Positions 45,001-58,780 of a DNA stretch of 60,344 bases are shown piece after piece (position 1 is the first letter of the stretch; every line of letters begins with the position of its first letter). The position numbers and the translations under genes were made by a program. Where the stretch lies: positions 1 through 60,344 of the forward strand of contig NIVC01002875.1 in the NCBI GenBank assembly GCA_002269645.1, read 5' to 3'. The notes beneath the pieces were generated by a model. That model was given only the letters and a program-made list of their open reading frames with translations, was not told the DNA's origin and searched no databases. Origin of the DNA: Macrostomum lignano. Its lineage: Eukaryota.

Positions 45001-47151
45001 GGTCCGGTTAGTCACGGGTTTGAATTTACGAGCTAGCAATCATTGTGTGCTGTCTAAATTAAGCGATCTGTCATTGTAGATTAGCTCCTATTAATAGGTG
45101 TTCATGGCATAGCATCATCGGTTCAATCTCTCTCAACCAACAGGTGAAGAAGGCCAAACTGAAGAAAATGTCCGAAAAAATGGAGGTCCTGGTGTCGCAG
45201 ATGCGCCAGAAGGTCGCGAAACTGCGCGCCGAATCGGCCGAAAAGTGCGCCGTAGCCGATGCGCTTCAACGCGAGCTGGACGACCTCCTCGAAGAGCGGC
45301 GCCAAACCGAGGCTCGACTGGACGGTCGAATCGGCGAACTGCGGCCGAAGCACGAGGCCGAGAAGGCCGAAGCACGAGGCCGAGAAGGCCGAAGTGGACC
45401 GTCTGGTGGCCAGGTTGGCCGAAATCGGCGAGCAGATCGAGATGATGAACAAGAAAATCCGGGACATCTATGACCAGACTGGCATGATCAAGCGGACTCA
45501 GATGAAGTTCACTGACGCAATCCGGATGCTTGAGTGAGGAGAGAAAGATGAAATTTTACCATTTTACCGGGTTAAGCACACATGCCCATTGACAATCTTA
45601 TAAAATCCCACAAACCTACAACGGTTGTCACCAACCCCAGGGATCAGATGCAGCAGTTGACACACGAGTTGTCAAAGTCGACCCGCAGCGACGATTCGTT
45701 GAAGGCGCAGCTGGCCGCAGTTCAGGCTCGAATGGCCTCCAGGGCGGACGAGCATCGGCGGCTGCAGGAGAACCGGCGGGAGACGCAGCGGCAGCTGGAG
45801 GTGAAAATAATTTGTCAATAATATTTATCTAACAGAATTCAACCTATACTACTGCTCTGCAACTCAAACAGTAGAACAGTACGCATTTGAGTAACATTTA
45901 TACCCGGACACGCGTTTTAGAGCGAGTACAGGGCGGCTCTGGAGGAAAACCGTCGCCTTGCCGGGGACTATCGGGCCAGGCAGAACGAGGTCTTCCGCAT
46001 GAAAGAGGACCTGCTGGACCTGTTGAACGAGATCCTGAGACGGGAGGAGGCTGTGCGCGACCTCAAGCAGGGGAAGCGGCTGCAAGAGAAGACCCATTTC
46101 GCCCTCAAGACCTACCTGCGCTACAAGCAGCAGCTCACTGAACTGCAGATGGACGACATGCAGAGTCGCGGCCGGTGAGGGGGACTCCCCGATGGGCCCA
46201 GTAATCTTCTTCTCACCGTGTTTTCTTATCATATCACTTCTCATCTTATCGCCTCTCATCCAGTTGTCTCTCCTCAGCCTGTTGTCTCTTCTCACCCTAT
46301 TGTCTCTTCTCCCCCTGTTGTCTCTTCTCCCCCTGTTGTCTCTTCTCCCCCTGTTGTCTCTTCTCCCCCTGTTGTCTCTTCTCCCCCTGTTGTCTCTTCT
46401 CCCCCTGTTGTCTCTTCTCCCCCTGTTGTCTCTTCTCCCCCTGTTGTCTCTTCTCCCCCTGTTGTCTCTTCTCCCCCTGTTGTCTCTTCTCCCCCTGTTG
46501 TCTCTTCTCCCCCTGTTGTCTCTTCTCCCCTTGTTGTCTCTCCTCAGCCTGTTGTCTCTTCTCACCCTATTGTCTCTTCTCCCCCTGTTGTCTCTTCTCC
46601 CCTTGTTGTCTCTTCTCCCCTCTGCTATCATCTCACCTCTTATCTTATCGCCTCTCACCCAGTTGTCTCTTCTCACCCTGTTGTATTTCCTCACCCTGTT
46701 GTCTCTTCTCACCTTGTTGTCTCTTCTCACCCTGTTGCCTCTTCTCCCCCTGTCATCTCTTCTCACCCTGTTGTCTCTTCTCACCCTGTTGTCTCTTCTC
46801 CCCCTGTTGCCTCTTCTCCCCCTGTCATCTCTTCTCACCCTGTTGTCTCTTCTCCCCCTGTTTTCTCTTCTCACACTGTTGTCTCTTCTCCCCCAGTCGT
46901 CTCTTTTCACCATGCGCATCTTCCTCACATCCTCTCGGATTTGTTATTTCTTGCTTTCACCATATCACTCTCCTCTCCCTCTCCCCCCTCACCACAGGGA
47001 AAACCTGCACAAGACTCAGATCTTGGACTCCGAGATTCACCGCAACCTGGACGGCATCACTTCGTTCTTGACGTCCCAGATGGACGTTCTCATGCGAGGC
47101 CAGAGGGTTCAACAGGATCTTCCCGAAGGCGCTGCTGCCACTGCTGAATGA
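42066..47151 (+). CDS. CCDC178: Coiled-coil protein CCDC178-like; exons 42066-42741, 43135-43285, 43372-43441, 43682-44074, 44173-44309, 44406-44706, 45144-45533, 45641-45800, 45921-46174, 46998-47151; frameshifted by a 22-bp duplication at 45345-45388
   Basis: EVMQLMVKLENDRLQAEE...MPVAVQAEHEACIEDIAELNWHVQ...PLVREKLQLEL resembles the CCDC178 conserved region from memory. Splice phases are consistent once one 22-bp copy is removed. Confidence 0.75.
42795..42990 (+). mobile_element. tRNA-derived SINE relic in CCDC178 intron 1
   Basis: B-box GGTTCGATTCC near 42851 with an A-box-like TAGCGGTAA upstream. The body GATTAGATAGTCAGGGCCGCTGTACACTCTGTGTG resembles 34457-34500 in a DDX47 intron. Confidence 0.55.
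46290..46905. repeat. 18-bp minisatellite in the last CCDC178 intron
   Basis: Unit CTGTTGTCTCTTCTCCCC. Confidence 0.95.
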
Positions 47152-47472
47152 ACTGCCACTGCTGAGTGAACTGCCACTGCTGAATGAACTGCCACTGCTG
47201 AGTGAACTGCCACTGCTGAATGAACTGCCACTGCTGAATGAACTGCCACTGCTGAGTGAACTGCCACTGCTGAATAAACTGCCACTGCTGAGTGAACTGC
47301 CACTGCTGAATGAACTGCCACTGCTGAGTGAACTGCCACTGCTGAGTGAACTGCCACTGCTGAGTGAACTGCCACTGCTGAGTGAACTGCCACTGCTGAG
47401 TGAACTGCCACTGCTGAATGAACTGCCACTGCTGAATAAACTGCCACTGCTGAGTGAACTGCCACTGCTGAG
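47137..47472 (+). repeat. 18-bp tandem repeat built from the last codons and stop of CCDC178 (18 copies)
   Basis: Unit GCC ACT GCT GA(A/G) T(G/A)A ACT. Confidence 0.95.
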
Positions 47473-47984
47473 ACAAATTGCGAGTACAAATCGTAAAACA
47501 AAAATCACCTTCTATATACCTTTTCTAGGGCCCACAACCCCCCCCCAGCAGTAGACTGTGATTCGACCACCTATCTTCTAGCGAAGCATGTAAATTCTGA
47601 ATAAACTTTTAATAATTTTATCCTGCTTATTTTTCATTGACAAACATTTTTCGGCAAAAACCATTGCAGAGATTAACTGACTTTCTTTCATTTGGCACTG
47701 AAATAAGTAAATACCCTAGCCATAGCTTGGCCTCGGAGTGACAGCTCGGGACCGTAGGGCTGACTCTTATCAGAGCGAACCAAAGAGAGAAATTAGCCTA
47801 GATAAGTGCGGGACCGTTTGCGTCTCTCAAAACACCTGGCTTTGGGTGGATCTGTGAAGTTCAAGCCAAACAGAAATTGCCATTGCTTGACACCGTCTGT
47901 TCTACTGCAGGCTGACTCAAGACTTCATTGAGCTTTCAAATCGTAGGGTATCATGCCCCTGCCTTCTCCATTCTCTCCCTTCCC

Positions 47985-48110
47985 CCTTCTCCTCCTTCCT
48001 TCTCCTTTCTACTCTCCCTCTCCTTTCTACTCTCCCTCTCCTTTCTACTCTCCCTCTCCTTTCTACTCTCCCTCTCTCCTCCCTCGCCTCTCTACTCTCC
48101 TTTTTTCTAC
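47985..48110. repeat. Short 18-bp pyrimidine-rich repeat
   Basis: TTCTACTCTCCCTCTCCT units. Confidence 0.85.
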
Positions 48111-49208
48111 TCCACCCATTCTATCTCCTGAAATTCAGAGGACGAAGCAAGTGCAACAACCAGTGTTCGCTCAGTGTCCCTGCCTGTCTAGGATAATGCA
48201 TACTGTAAATCTTGTTGACGCCTGCGGTAAAGTTCATCGCCTGAATGTGCGTTAGTGCGCCCGTAGCAGGAGAGAAACTCCACGGCATTGTACCTTCTGT
48301 GTAATAATTGACGGCCAGAATGCTCAGCTTCAAAGAGGCTGGCTCTGAAAGTCTTCATCAGCTCTGGATTATGGAGCGCAGGGCCTATCGCTCAGGCCTC
48401 ACTGAGGATCTGGGGTAGCTGATTGCTAACAGCTAGCATTGGGAAGGACGAAGAACGGGGCGCGGAAAAACTGGCAGGCCGCCAGGGGTGGCTGGTAAGC
48501 TGAGAACAGACCAGAGAAGAGATGAAGGGCTGCTGAAGCCTTTCTATAGCTGCACTGCCTCCATTGTTGTCTGCATGGCGCGCCTTTCTTAAGCGTCCGG
48601 AGGTGGGGTAGATACCTTGTCCTCATCTGTCCGTGTGTCTATGTGGTAACCATGACAACCATTTTTAGTTTGAGAGGCCGTTCACCGCGGTTCCGCTCTT
48701 CCCGATCCCCCCTCACTCTCTCTCTCTCCCGTGCGCTAACCTACCTGCCTGCCCAGTATTGTCCAATACACCTTTGTGCGCAATGTCAGAGGGCGGGGAG
48801 GCTCAGAGCAGCAGGGAATGGTGGGGAGGGCGAGGCCCTTGTCAAGGTGAGGCCGTGAGCTCAGCCGGGGCAGAGGGAGCCAGTTGAGCTCTCACTGCGG
48901 CCCCCTCCCGCCCTCTGATATTCTCAGGAGTGAGCCGGACCGCCCACCTCGGCCCTGCACTGCTCTGGCACTGCGCTGCGATGCAGGAGAAGAGGGAGAA
49001 AGAGAGAGAGAGAGAGAGGAAAGTACTAATGAAGAAAGGCTGTCCAAGCCGAACAAAAACACTAGACGCTCCTCCGGCGTGTCCACAGAAAACTTTTGCC
49101 AGTCCGTTTCGGCCAGCAGGCAAAGGTGAGAAAGCAATTAGAAGTAGAAATAATTTGGCGAGCAGGCGGGTTCGCGGAAACGGCGGAGAAATTCAACAGG
49201 GCACGGAA

Positions 49209-51882
49209 ATGGCGGTTTGCGTGGCCGGCGCCGGCTCGGCCAGCAGGCGCGGCAGTGTCGGCCGGTGCCACGAGTGCAGCAAGGACCTCGGCTCCAGCAG
49301 CAGCAGCAGCAGCAGCGAACCGGAGGCGGCGCCGGAGGCCGACGAAGAGCTGCAGAAAAACCGGAGACAGCCGTCGCCTCGACAGCTTTCTCGCCGTTCG
49401 TCGGTGCCGCAGGTGCTCCGGCCGGTGCCGCCAGACGGGCGGAAGCTGGTGCTGCACTTTGACGCCAGAAATACCATCTTTGTGGCGGACCTGTTCTCCA
49501 GAATCACCGTTGAGATGGCCTTGAACACCTACATATCCGGCGTTGTTTGGGGTCAGTGACCTGTTTGCTCTTGATCTGATTGGATTTTTTTTCAGAATGT
49601 ACGAGAGCTTGAGGAAGAGGACTTGATCGTGTAGATATGTCTTATCTGCCTGGCTGTCTTTGTGTCAATTTTAGCATTTGTTTCAGCGTCTGTCTTAGTG
49701 CCTGTCCTAGCGCCAATGTCAGTGCCTGTCCTAGCGCCAATGTCAGTGCCTGTCCTAGCGCCAATGTCAGTTCCTGTCCTAGCGCCAATGTCAGTTCCTG
49801 TCCTAGCGCCAATGTCAGTGCCTGTCCTAGCGCCAATGTCAGTGCCTGTCCTAGCGCCAATGTCAGTTCCTGTCCTAGCGCCAATGTCAGTTCCTGTCCT
49901 AACGCCAATGTCAGTTCCTGTCCTAGCGCCAATGTCAGTGCTTGTCCTAGCGCCAATGTCAGTTCCTGTCCTAGCGCCAATGTCAGTGCCTGTCCTAGCG
50001 CCAATGTCAGTTCCTGTCCTAGCGCCAATGTCAGTGCCTGTCCTAGCGCCAATGTCAGTGCCTGTCCTAGCGCCAATGTAATTGCTTAGCGTTAATGTTT
50101 GTGGATCCTCTATGGTATTTGTAGCATCCTCTATGATTTTGGTCTTTGTCCTAGTCTAAGCGGAGCCGGTCTCAAGGCCTGTCTTATTGTCGATCTGTCC
50201 GTCGATCGCCCCCGAACTCAGCAGTCCCAAAATCTCTCTCTGCCCTGTCCAGGCGAGGAGCAGCAGGACGGCGGCTGGCACTGCATCAGCGATGCGCCCT
50301 CTCTGTACCCGCCTCGGCCGGGCGTCACATCGCTCTACAAGCTGTTCGAGCGCGCCATCGTCCGCGTTCCGGAGGACCGCCAGCGGCTGCGCGAGACTCT
50401 CGGCAACTTTACGGAGCAGCCGCACGGCAGGCGATTCAGGCGCCTCTTCCAGGAGAAGCTGCGCCGCCTCCGCTGGCCCTACGAGGCGGCGAACGACAAG
50501 CTGACGGTGACGGGGCAAGACGGCAGCGCCTACCACTACCTGTTGCCGTCCTTCCTCAACCTCGTGCAGGCTCTGGAAGCCTCCGGTCGCGAGTTCTGCA
50601 TCGTTATTCGCACCTTCGGCAGGGACGCGCCGCACATCCTCAACGCGCTGGATATGCTGGCCAAAGGTCAACATCCGGGATATCCTCGCCGCCTGGACAT
50701 GAAGGTCAACCTGGAGCCGGAGCGATTCCAACGCCTGGCAGCTGATAAGTTTCGCTATTTGCGCAGCGACGGGGTCGAGCTCACCCAGGAGAGGCAGGTG
50801 TACGAGCACTGGAGCTCTTCCTGCGGCGCAATGGCTGTAGTTGATGATTTCGCATTCTGGCAGGTTCGTTTTTGATGCTTGCGACCTGAAAATCATTGTT
50901 GCTCAAAATCCGTATATGTATCTACATTACCAAAGCTGTGCACTCCCATTATAAAAGAGTGAATATCGCAACCCAACCTAACTATGTCCTTATGTAGTTA
51001 TGTCCATAAAATTGCTTAAAACATTGCACTAAAGCACCAAGGACGACAAACGTATCCTTTATTCTATCTACTATGGTAATATAGGGGTTCAGTCTACTAG
51101 GGGTTAGAGCGTCCGACTCACGACTGAAAGGTCGGGGATTCGATTCTCGACCTACTTGGAACAATTTGTGACATTCAGCAAGACACTTACTCTTCTGCAT
51201 TGCTTCAGTTCACCCAGCTGTAAAATGGGTGCCAGTATTAGCTGGGGTTATTGAGGGTGTGCAGTGTGTGTCGACTCCCCAGTCCTTGGACTGAACAGCC
51301 GTACGCAGCCTTCCTATGCGTCACGCAATAGCTGTGGCTGAGCTGTCGGTTGCACATCTGTCCATTAGGGCAGGTGTAATCAATAATAATTATTATTATT
51401 ATTACTATTATTATTCTATCGTTGAGTCTTCTTAAGTAGTTCTAGCTAAAATACATACTCATGCTCATAGCAAAATCCTCTGACTTGTACTCTTACTTAT
51501 ATAATGTTACTATTACTCATATTCATACTCACTATTGAAATTGCTCCTTACTCGAAACGGGCAGGTTAACAACTATAGCAGCAGCGCCTCCAAGCTGCTC
51601 TGGTTCGATCCGCGCGACACCCGCATTCAACATATCATCTTTGACGACAACATCCGCGTATTCGACGAGGATAGTATAGTACATTTTCGATCGTTCGAGA
51701 CTGCGACGGACGAGGGGACGGACTGTCCGCCGGAGCGTCTGCAGAGCCTCGAGAATGCATTGTTTGTTACAGCTGACCTGCTGGAGAGCAGCAGCGATGC
51801 GAACTACTTCATTGACAGGGTGTTGCAGTGCGAGGTCAACTACGATCGGCTATGCAGCGAGTTTCCGGCTGTCGACAGTTAG
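49209..51882 (+). CDS. Uncharacterised HAD-like hydrolase-fold protein; exons about 49209-49551, 50253-50863, 51565-51882 (start could lie upstream in the same frame)
   Basis: KLVLHFDARNTIFVAD (motif I-like), IVIRTFGRD and HIIFDDN (motif IV-like). GT-AG introns with matching phases. Confidence 0.75.
49695..50078. repeat. 24-bp minisatellite in intron 1 of the HAD-like gene
   Basis: Unit GTCAGT(G/T)CCTGTCCTAGCGCCAAT, about 16 copies. Confidence 0.96.
51084..51415 (+). mobile_element. tRNA-derived CORE-type SINE with (AAT/ATT)n tail
   Basis: tRNA-like head GGTTAGAGCGTCCGACTC...GGATTCGATTCTCGACC, CORE-like body GCAAGACACTTAC...CTTCAGTTCACCCAGCTGTAAAATGGG, and an AT microsatellite tail. Confidence 0.75.
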
Positions 51883-52109
51883 ACAGCAGCTGGACCCATA
51901 GGGGGTAGGGGCTCTAACTTTGTAGTAAGGTTTTTTTTAACCTAAACTAGTCCAGTCGCCACTCGATACGTCAGCTGTTACATCGTCTAATCTCGATATT
52001 GTTTATAATTTTCTAATGCATTGAGGTGTGGCTAAATGTTCGTGTCAAGTCGTGTTAGTAGGGCTCGGATGTCAGTGCCTGATTAGGGATCCGTTGTGGT
52101 AGCAGCCCT

Positions 52110-54245
52110 CGGGGCTCGGATCTGATTGGCCATAGACATTAGGCATCCGCTGTGGGGTTTGGAGGCAGCCAGCCGCGGCTCGAATCTGATTGGCCATAGA
52201 CATTAGGCATCCGCTGTGGGGCAGCCAGCGGGGCTCGGATTTGATTGGCCATAGACATTAGGCATCCGCTGTGGGGGCAGCCAGCGGGGCTCGGATTTGA
52301 TTGGCCATAGACATTAGGCATCCGCTGTGGGGTTTGGAGGCAGCCAGCCGCGGCTCGAATCTGATTGGCCATAGACATAAGGCATCCGCTGTGGGGGCAG
52401 CCAGCGGGGCTCGGATTTGATTGGCCATAGACATAAGGCATCCGCTGTGGGGTTTGGAGGCAGCCAGCCACGGCTCGAATCTGATTGGCCATAGACATTA
52501 GGCATCCGCTGTGGGGTGTGGGGGCAGCCAGCGGGGCTCGGATCTGATTGGCCATAGACATTAGGCATCCGCTGTGGGGTTTGGAGGCAGCCAGCCGCGG
52601 CTCGAATCTGATTGGCCATAGACATTAGGCATCCGCTGTGGGGGCAGCCAGCGGGGCTCGGATTTGATTGGCCATAGACATTAGGCATCCGCTGTGGGGT
52701 TTGGAGGCAGCCAGCCGCGGCTCGAATCTGATTGGCCATAGACATTAGGCATCCGCTGTGGGGGCAGCCAGCGGGGCTGGGATTTGATTGGCCATAGACA
52801 TAAGGCATCCGCTGTGGGGTTTGGAGGCAGCCAGCCGCGGCTCGAATCTGATTGGCCATAGACATTAGGCATCCGCTGTGGGGGCAGCCAGCGGGGCTGG
52901 GATTTGATTGGCCATAGACATTAGGCATCCGCTGTGGGGGGCAGCCAGCCGCGGCTCGGATCTGATTGGCCATAGACATTAGGCATCCGCTGTGGTGGCA
53001 GCCGACATTTGGCATCCGCTGTGGGGGGCAGCCAGCGGGACTTGGATCTGATTGGCCATAGACATTAGGCATCCGCTGTGGGGGGCAGCCAGCCGCGGCT
53101 CGGATCTGATTGGCCATAGACATTAGGCATCCGCTGTGGGGTGTGGGGGCAGCCAGCGGGGCTCGGATCTGATTGGCCATAGACATTAGGCATCCGCTGT
53201 GGTGGCAGCCGACATTTGGCATCCGCTGTGGGGGGCAGCCAGCGGGACTTGGATCTGATTGGCCATAGACATTAGGCATCCGCTGTGGGGGGCAGCCAGC
53301 CGCGGCTCGGATCTGATTGGCCATAGACATTAGGCATCCGCTGTGGGGTGTGGGGGCAGCCAGCGGGGCTCGGATCTGATTGGCCATAGACATAAGGCAT
53401 CCGCTGTGGTGGCAGCCAGCGGGGCTCGGATTTGATTGGCCATAGACATTAGGCATCCGCTGTGGGGTTTGGAGGCAGCCAGCCGCGGCTCGGATCTGAT
53501 TGGCCATAGACATTAGGCATCCGCTGTGGGGTGTGGGGGCAGCCAGCGGGGCTCGGATCTGATTGGCCATAGACATTAGGCATCCGCTGTGGTGGCAGCC
53601 GACATTTGGCATCCGCTGTGGGGGGCAGCCAGCGGGACTTGGATCTGATTGGCCATAGACATTAGGCATCCGCTGTGGGGGGCAGCCAGCCGCGGCTCGG
53701 ATCTGATTGGCCATAGACATTAGGCATCCGCTGTGGGGTGTGGGGGCAGCCAGCGGGGCTCGGATCTGATTGGCCATAGACATAAGGCATCCGCTGTGGT
53801 GGCAGCCAGCGGGGCTCGGATTTGATTGGCCATAGACATTAGGCATCCGCTGTGGGGTTTGGAGGCAGCCAGCCGCGGCTCGAATCTGATTGGCCATAGA
53901 CATTAGGCATCCGCTGTGGGGTGTGGGGGCAGCCAGCGGGGCTCGGATTTGATTTGCCATAGACATTAGGCATCCGCTGTGGGATTTGGAGGCAGCCAGC
54001 CGCGGCTCGAATCTGATTGGCCATAGACATTTGGCATCCGCTGTGGGGGGCAGCCAGCCGCGGCTCGGATCTGATTGGCCATAGACATTAGGCATCCGCT
54101 GTGGGGTGTGGGGGCAGCCAGCGGGGCTCGGATCTGATTGGCCATAGACATTAGGCATCCGCTGTGGTGGCAGCCGACTTTTGGCATCCGCTGTGGGAGG
54201 CAGCCAGCGGGACTTGGATCTGATTGGCCATAGACATTAGGCATT
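52110..54245. repeat. Complex minisatellite of about 56-85-bp units, about 33 units, each with TGATTGGCCATAGAC
   Basis: Core GATCTGATTGGCCATAGACATTAGGCATCCGCTGTGG plus variable spacers, with higher-order duplicated blocks. Confidence 0.95.
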
Positions 54246-55002
54246 AGGTAAGTCTTGAAAGTGCACTTGATCCAAAACTTTGACGACGCAATCCAGTCAT
54301 TATCGTACATCCAGTCATTCTCTCGCGTTGGCACAAAAAGCTTGAGTAACTTGCGTTGCATTCCATGGAGTTTATTCATACAGTTGGCCTGCTTGTGGAA
54401 TATACTATATTTATGCAATTTAATGCACCTGCAATGCGGTTCATCTTTTGGAAAACATTTCATTCTATTTTTATTGTTCTGATGCATCTGCTGCAATACA
54501 TTACAATACCCATATTTTTTGTGTAAATGTTACAGTAGCACAACCCATATAAGTAACTCCATTGCTCCATTTCGCGATTTTTCAAAGTTAAATAATCAAA
54601 AATTCAATGACGGTGCAATCTCTCTCTGCTCCCTGTCTCTCTTTGCTGTTGTGTTTATTCCCGAGTTCATTTTGCACTCCACTTGTAACTTCTGAGCACA
54701 CGGCTGCAACTTCTTCTTGCTTTGAGCACTTTTTTATTAGTTTTATGTAGTGGAGTTCGGCTAGCTGTCCTTAGATTCAAGCCTTCAAACGCTGCTGCTG
54801 TGATAACTTCTTTGCGCTACGGAACTCTTACAGGTATGAAAAAGATTTTTATTCGATTCAAGACTATCCACAGGTGAGTAGAACCAATGATATTTAAGCT
54901 CCGTTGCATCACTTACAATTTGAGTACAAATTTGCTCAATCTTCTGCATTCCTTATATGTCTGAGAGTGCGAGAGGGTAGAAAGAATTGTGGAAAAGTAG
55001 AC

Positions 55003-55790
55003 AGCAGGGAGAGTAGAGAGCAGGGAGAGTAGAGAGCAGGGAGAGTAGAGAGCAGGGAGAGTAGAGAGCAGGGAGAGTAGAGAGCAGGGAGAGTAGAGAG
55101 CAGGGAGAGTAGAGAGCAGGGAGAGTAGAGAGCAGGGAGAGTAGAGAGCAGGGAGAGTAGAGAGCAGGGAGAGGAGAGAGCAGGGAGAGGAGAGAGCAGG
55201 GAGAGTAGAGAGCAGGGAGAGTAGAGAGCAGGGAGAGTAGAGAGCAGGGAGAGTAGAGAGGAGGGAGAGTAGAGAGCAGGGAGAGTAGAGAGCAGGGAGA
55301 GGAGAGAGCAGGGAGAGTAGAGAGCAGGGAGAGGAGAGAGCAGGGAGAGGAGAGAGCAGGGAGAGTAGAGAGCAGGGAGAGTAGAGAGCAGGGAGAGTAG
55401 AGAGCAGGGAGAGTAGAGAGCAGGGAGAGTAGAGAGCAGGGAGAGTAGAGAGCAGGGAGAGTAGAGAGCAGGGAGAGTAGAGAGCAGGGAGAGTAGAGAG
55501 CAGGGAGAGTAGAGAGCAGGGAGAGTAGAGAGCAGGGAGAGTAGAGAGCAGGGAGAGTAGAGAGGATGGAGAGTAGAGAGCAGGGAGAGTAGAGAGGATG
55601 GAGAGTAGAGAGCAGGGAGAGTAGAGAGGATGGAGAGTAGAGAGCAGGGAGAGTAGAGAGGATGGAGAGTAGAGAGGAGGGAGAGTAGAGAGCAGGGAAG
55701 AGGAGAGAGGAGGGAGAGTAGAGAGCAGGGAGAGTAGAGAGCAGGGAGAGTAGAGAGCAAGGAAGAGTAGAGAGGGGGAGAGTAGAGAAG
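55003..55790. repeat. 16-bp purine-rich minisatellite
   Basis: Unit CAGGGAGAGTAGAGAG. Confidence 0.96.
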
Positions 55791-56167
55791 CTCAACTGAG
55801 CAGGCTGAAGTGAACGGCTCGCCATTAACAAGCAGCAGGCCGTGTACTTTAAGTTGCGGGCCCATTTCACTCGTATAAATTGGCGCAAATTTCCCAGAGC
55901 CTGGTCTCAGAGAAACTTGAAGCAATTATTGCCAGATTGCAGTGAAGCGGTAAAGTATTTCAAAAGCAAACAACTTCTCACACAGTATTATTTGTACTTG
56001 TGTAAAAAAGTTAAGCTTATTCTCAAAGTTCGCTCACAGTAACGACAAGATTGCTTTTCTAGGCCAGTAATAATTAAACGCAAGCAGAAAATTTTTCAAA
56101 GCGCCGCTCTGTTAAACTACTTAGAGTAGAAAGTGTTGTAACTTTCCGAACTAAAGGTAGGAGAATT

Positions 56168-56352
56168 TCAGTCACTTTGCATGCGATGCCCGCTCGTAGG
56201 GGTGCCGGGCAGCGCGACGGCTCCAATTTCTTGGGAATTTTCCCGGACCTGGTCCAGAATCCGCGCGTCATCAGCCTGATGCGGCGCCTGCTGCTGCGGC
56301 AGCGAGGGCGGTGGCGGCGGAGGCGGCGGAGGCGGCGGGTCAAGCGGAGCAA
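56168..56352 (-). CDS. Putative terminal coding exon (polyproline, Q-rich) of an unidentified gene
   Basis: Strong acceptor TTTTTTTTCCAG, then APLDPPPPPPPPPPSLPQQQAPHQADDARILDQVRENSQEIG...MQSD* in a GC-rich island. Confidence 0.4.
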
Positions 56353-56744
56353 CTGGAAAAAAAACGGATTTTTTCTATGGCAACCAGCGATGACGTCATC
56401 AGCTTCATGTTATTTTAGATCCTTGGTTGGGTTTCCCGGAATCAGACAATCTATCTGCAAGGCGAGGGGCTCAGTCGGCCTCGGCGACTGCCGCTCTCGA
56501 GGACAATAAAAAGATTATGAAAAAGCAGAAAAAGTTTACAGAGCTCACGGCCAGCCCACAGGGGCAGATCCGGAGGCAGGAAAAAAGCCCGGCAGTCAGC
56601 CAGCCGCCTGCATTGACTGTTTGGCTTTCGAGAGCGAGAAATACTCCGCCAATGTTCAACTGCTGTGCGAAGAACGTGACGCTCGCTTTGATTGGGTGGC
56701 AACTAATAGCTTTTGCTCTGAATAGGATGATTGAAATGCACAGA

Positions 56745-58780
<2,036 letters not shown>

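Noticed and set aside
51095-51160. Possible tRNA gene
   Set aside because: The cloverleaf is degenerate and continues into a CORE-like body and tail, so it is better explained as a SINE head.
52110-54245. Possible CRISPR array
   Set aside because: Eukaryotic context, the spacers are a few recurring related variants rather than unique sequences, and there are no cas genes.
54300-54965. Short protein-like minus-strand frames and splice-like sites
   Set aside because: No consistent exon chain or known motif could be assembled.
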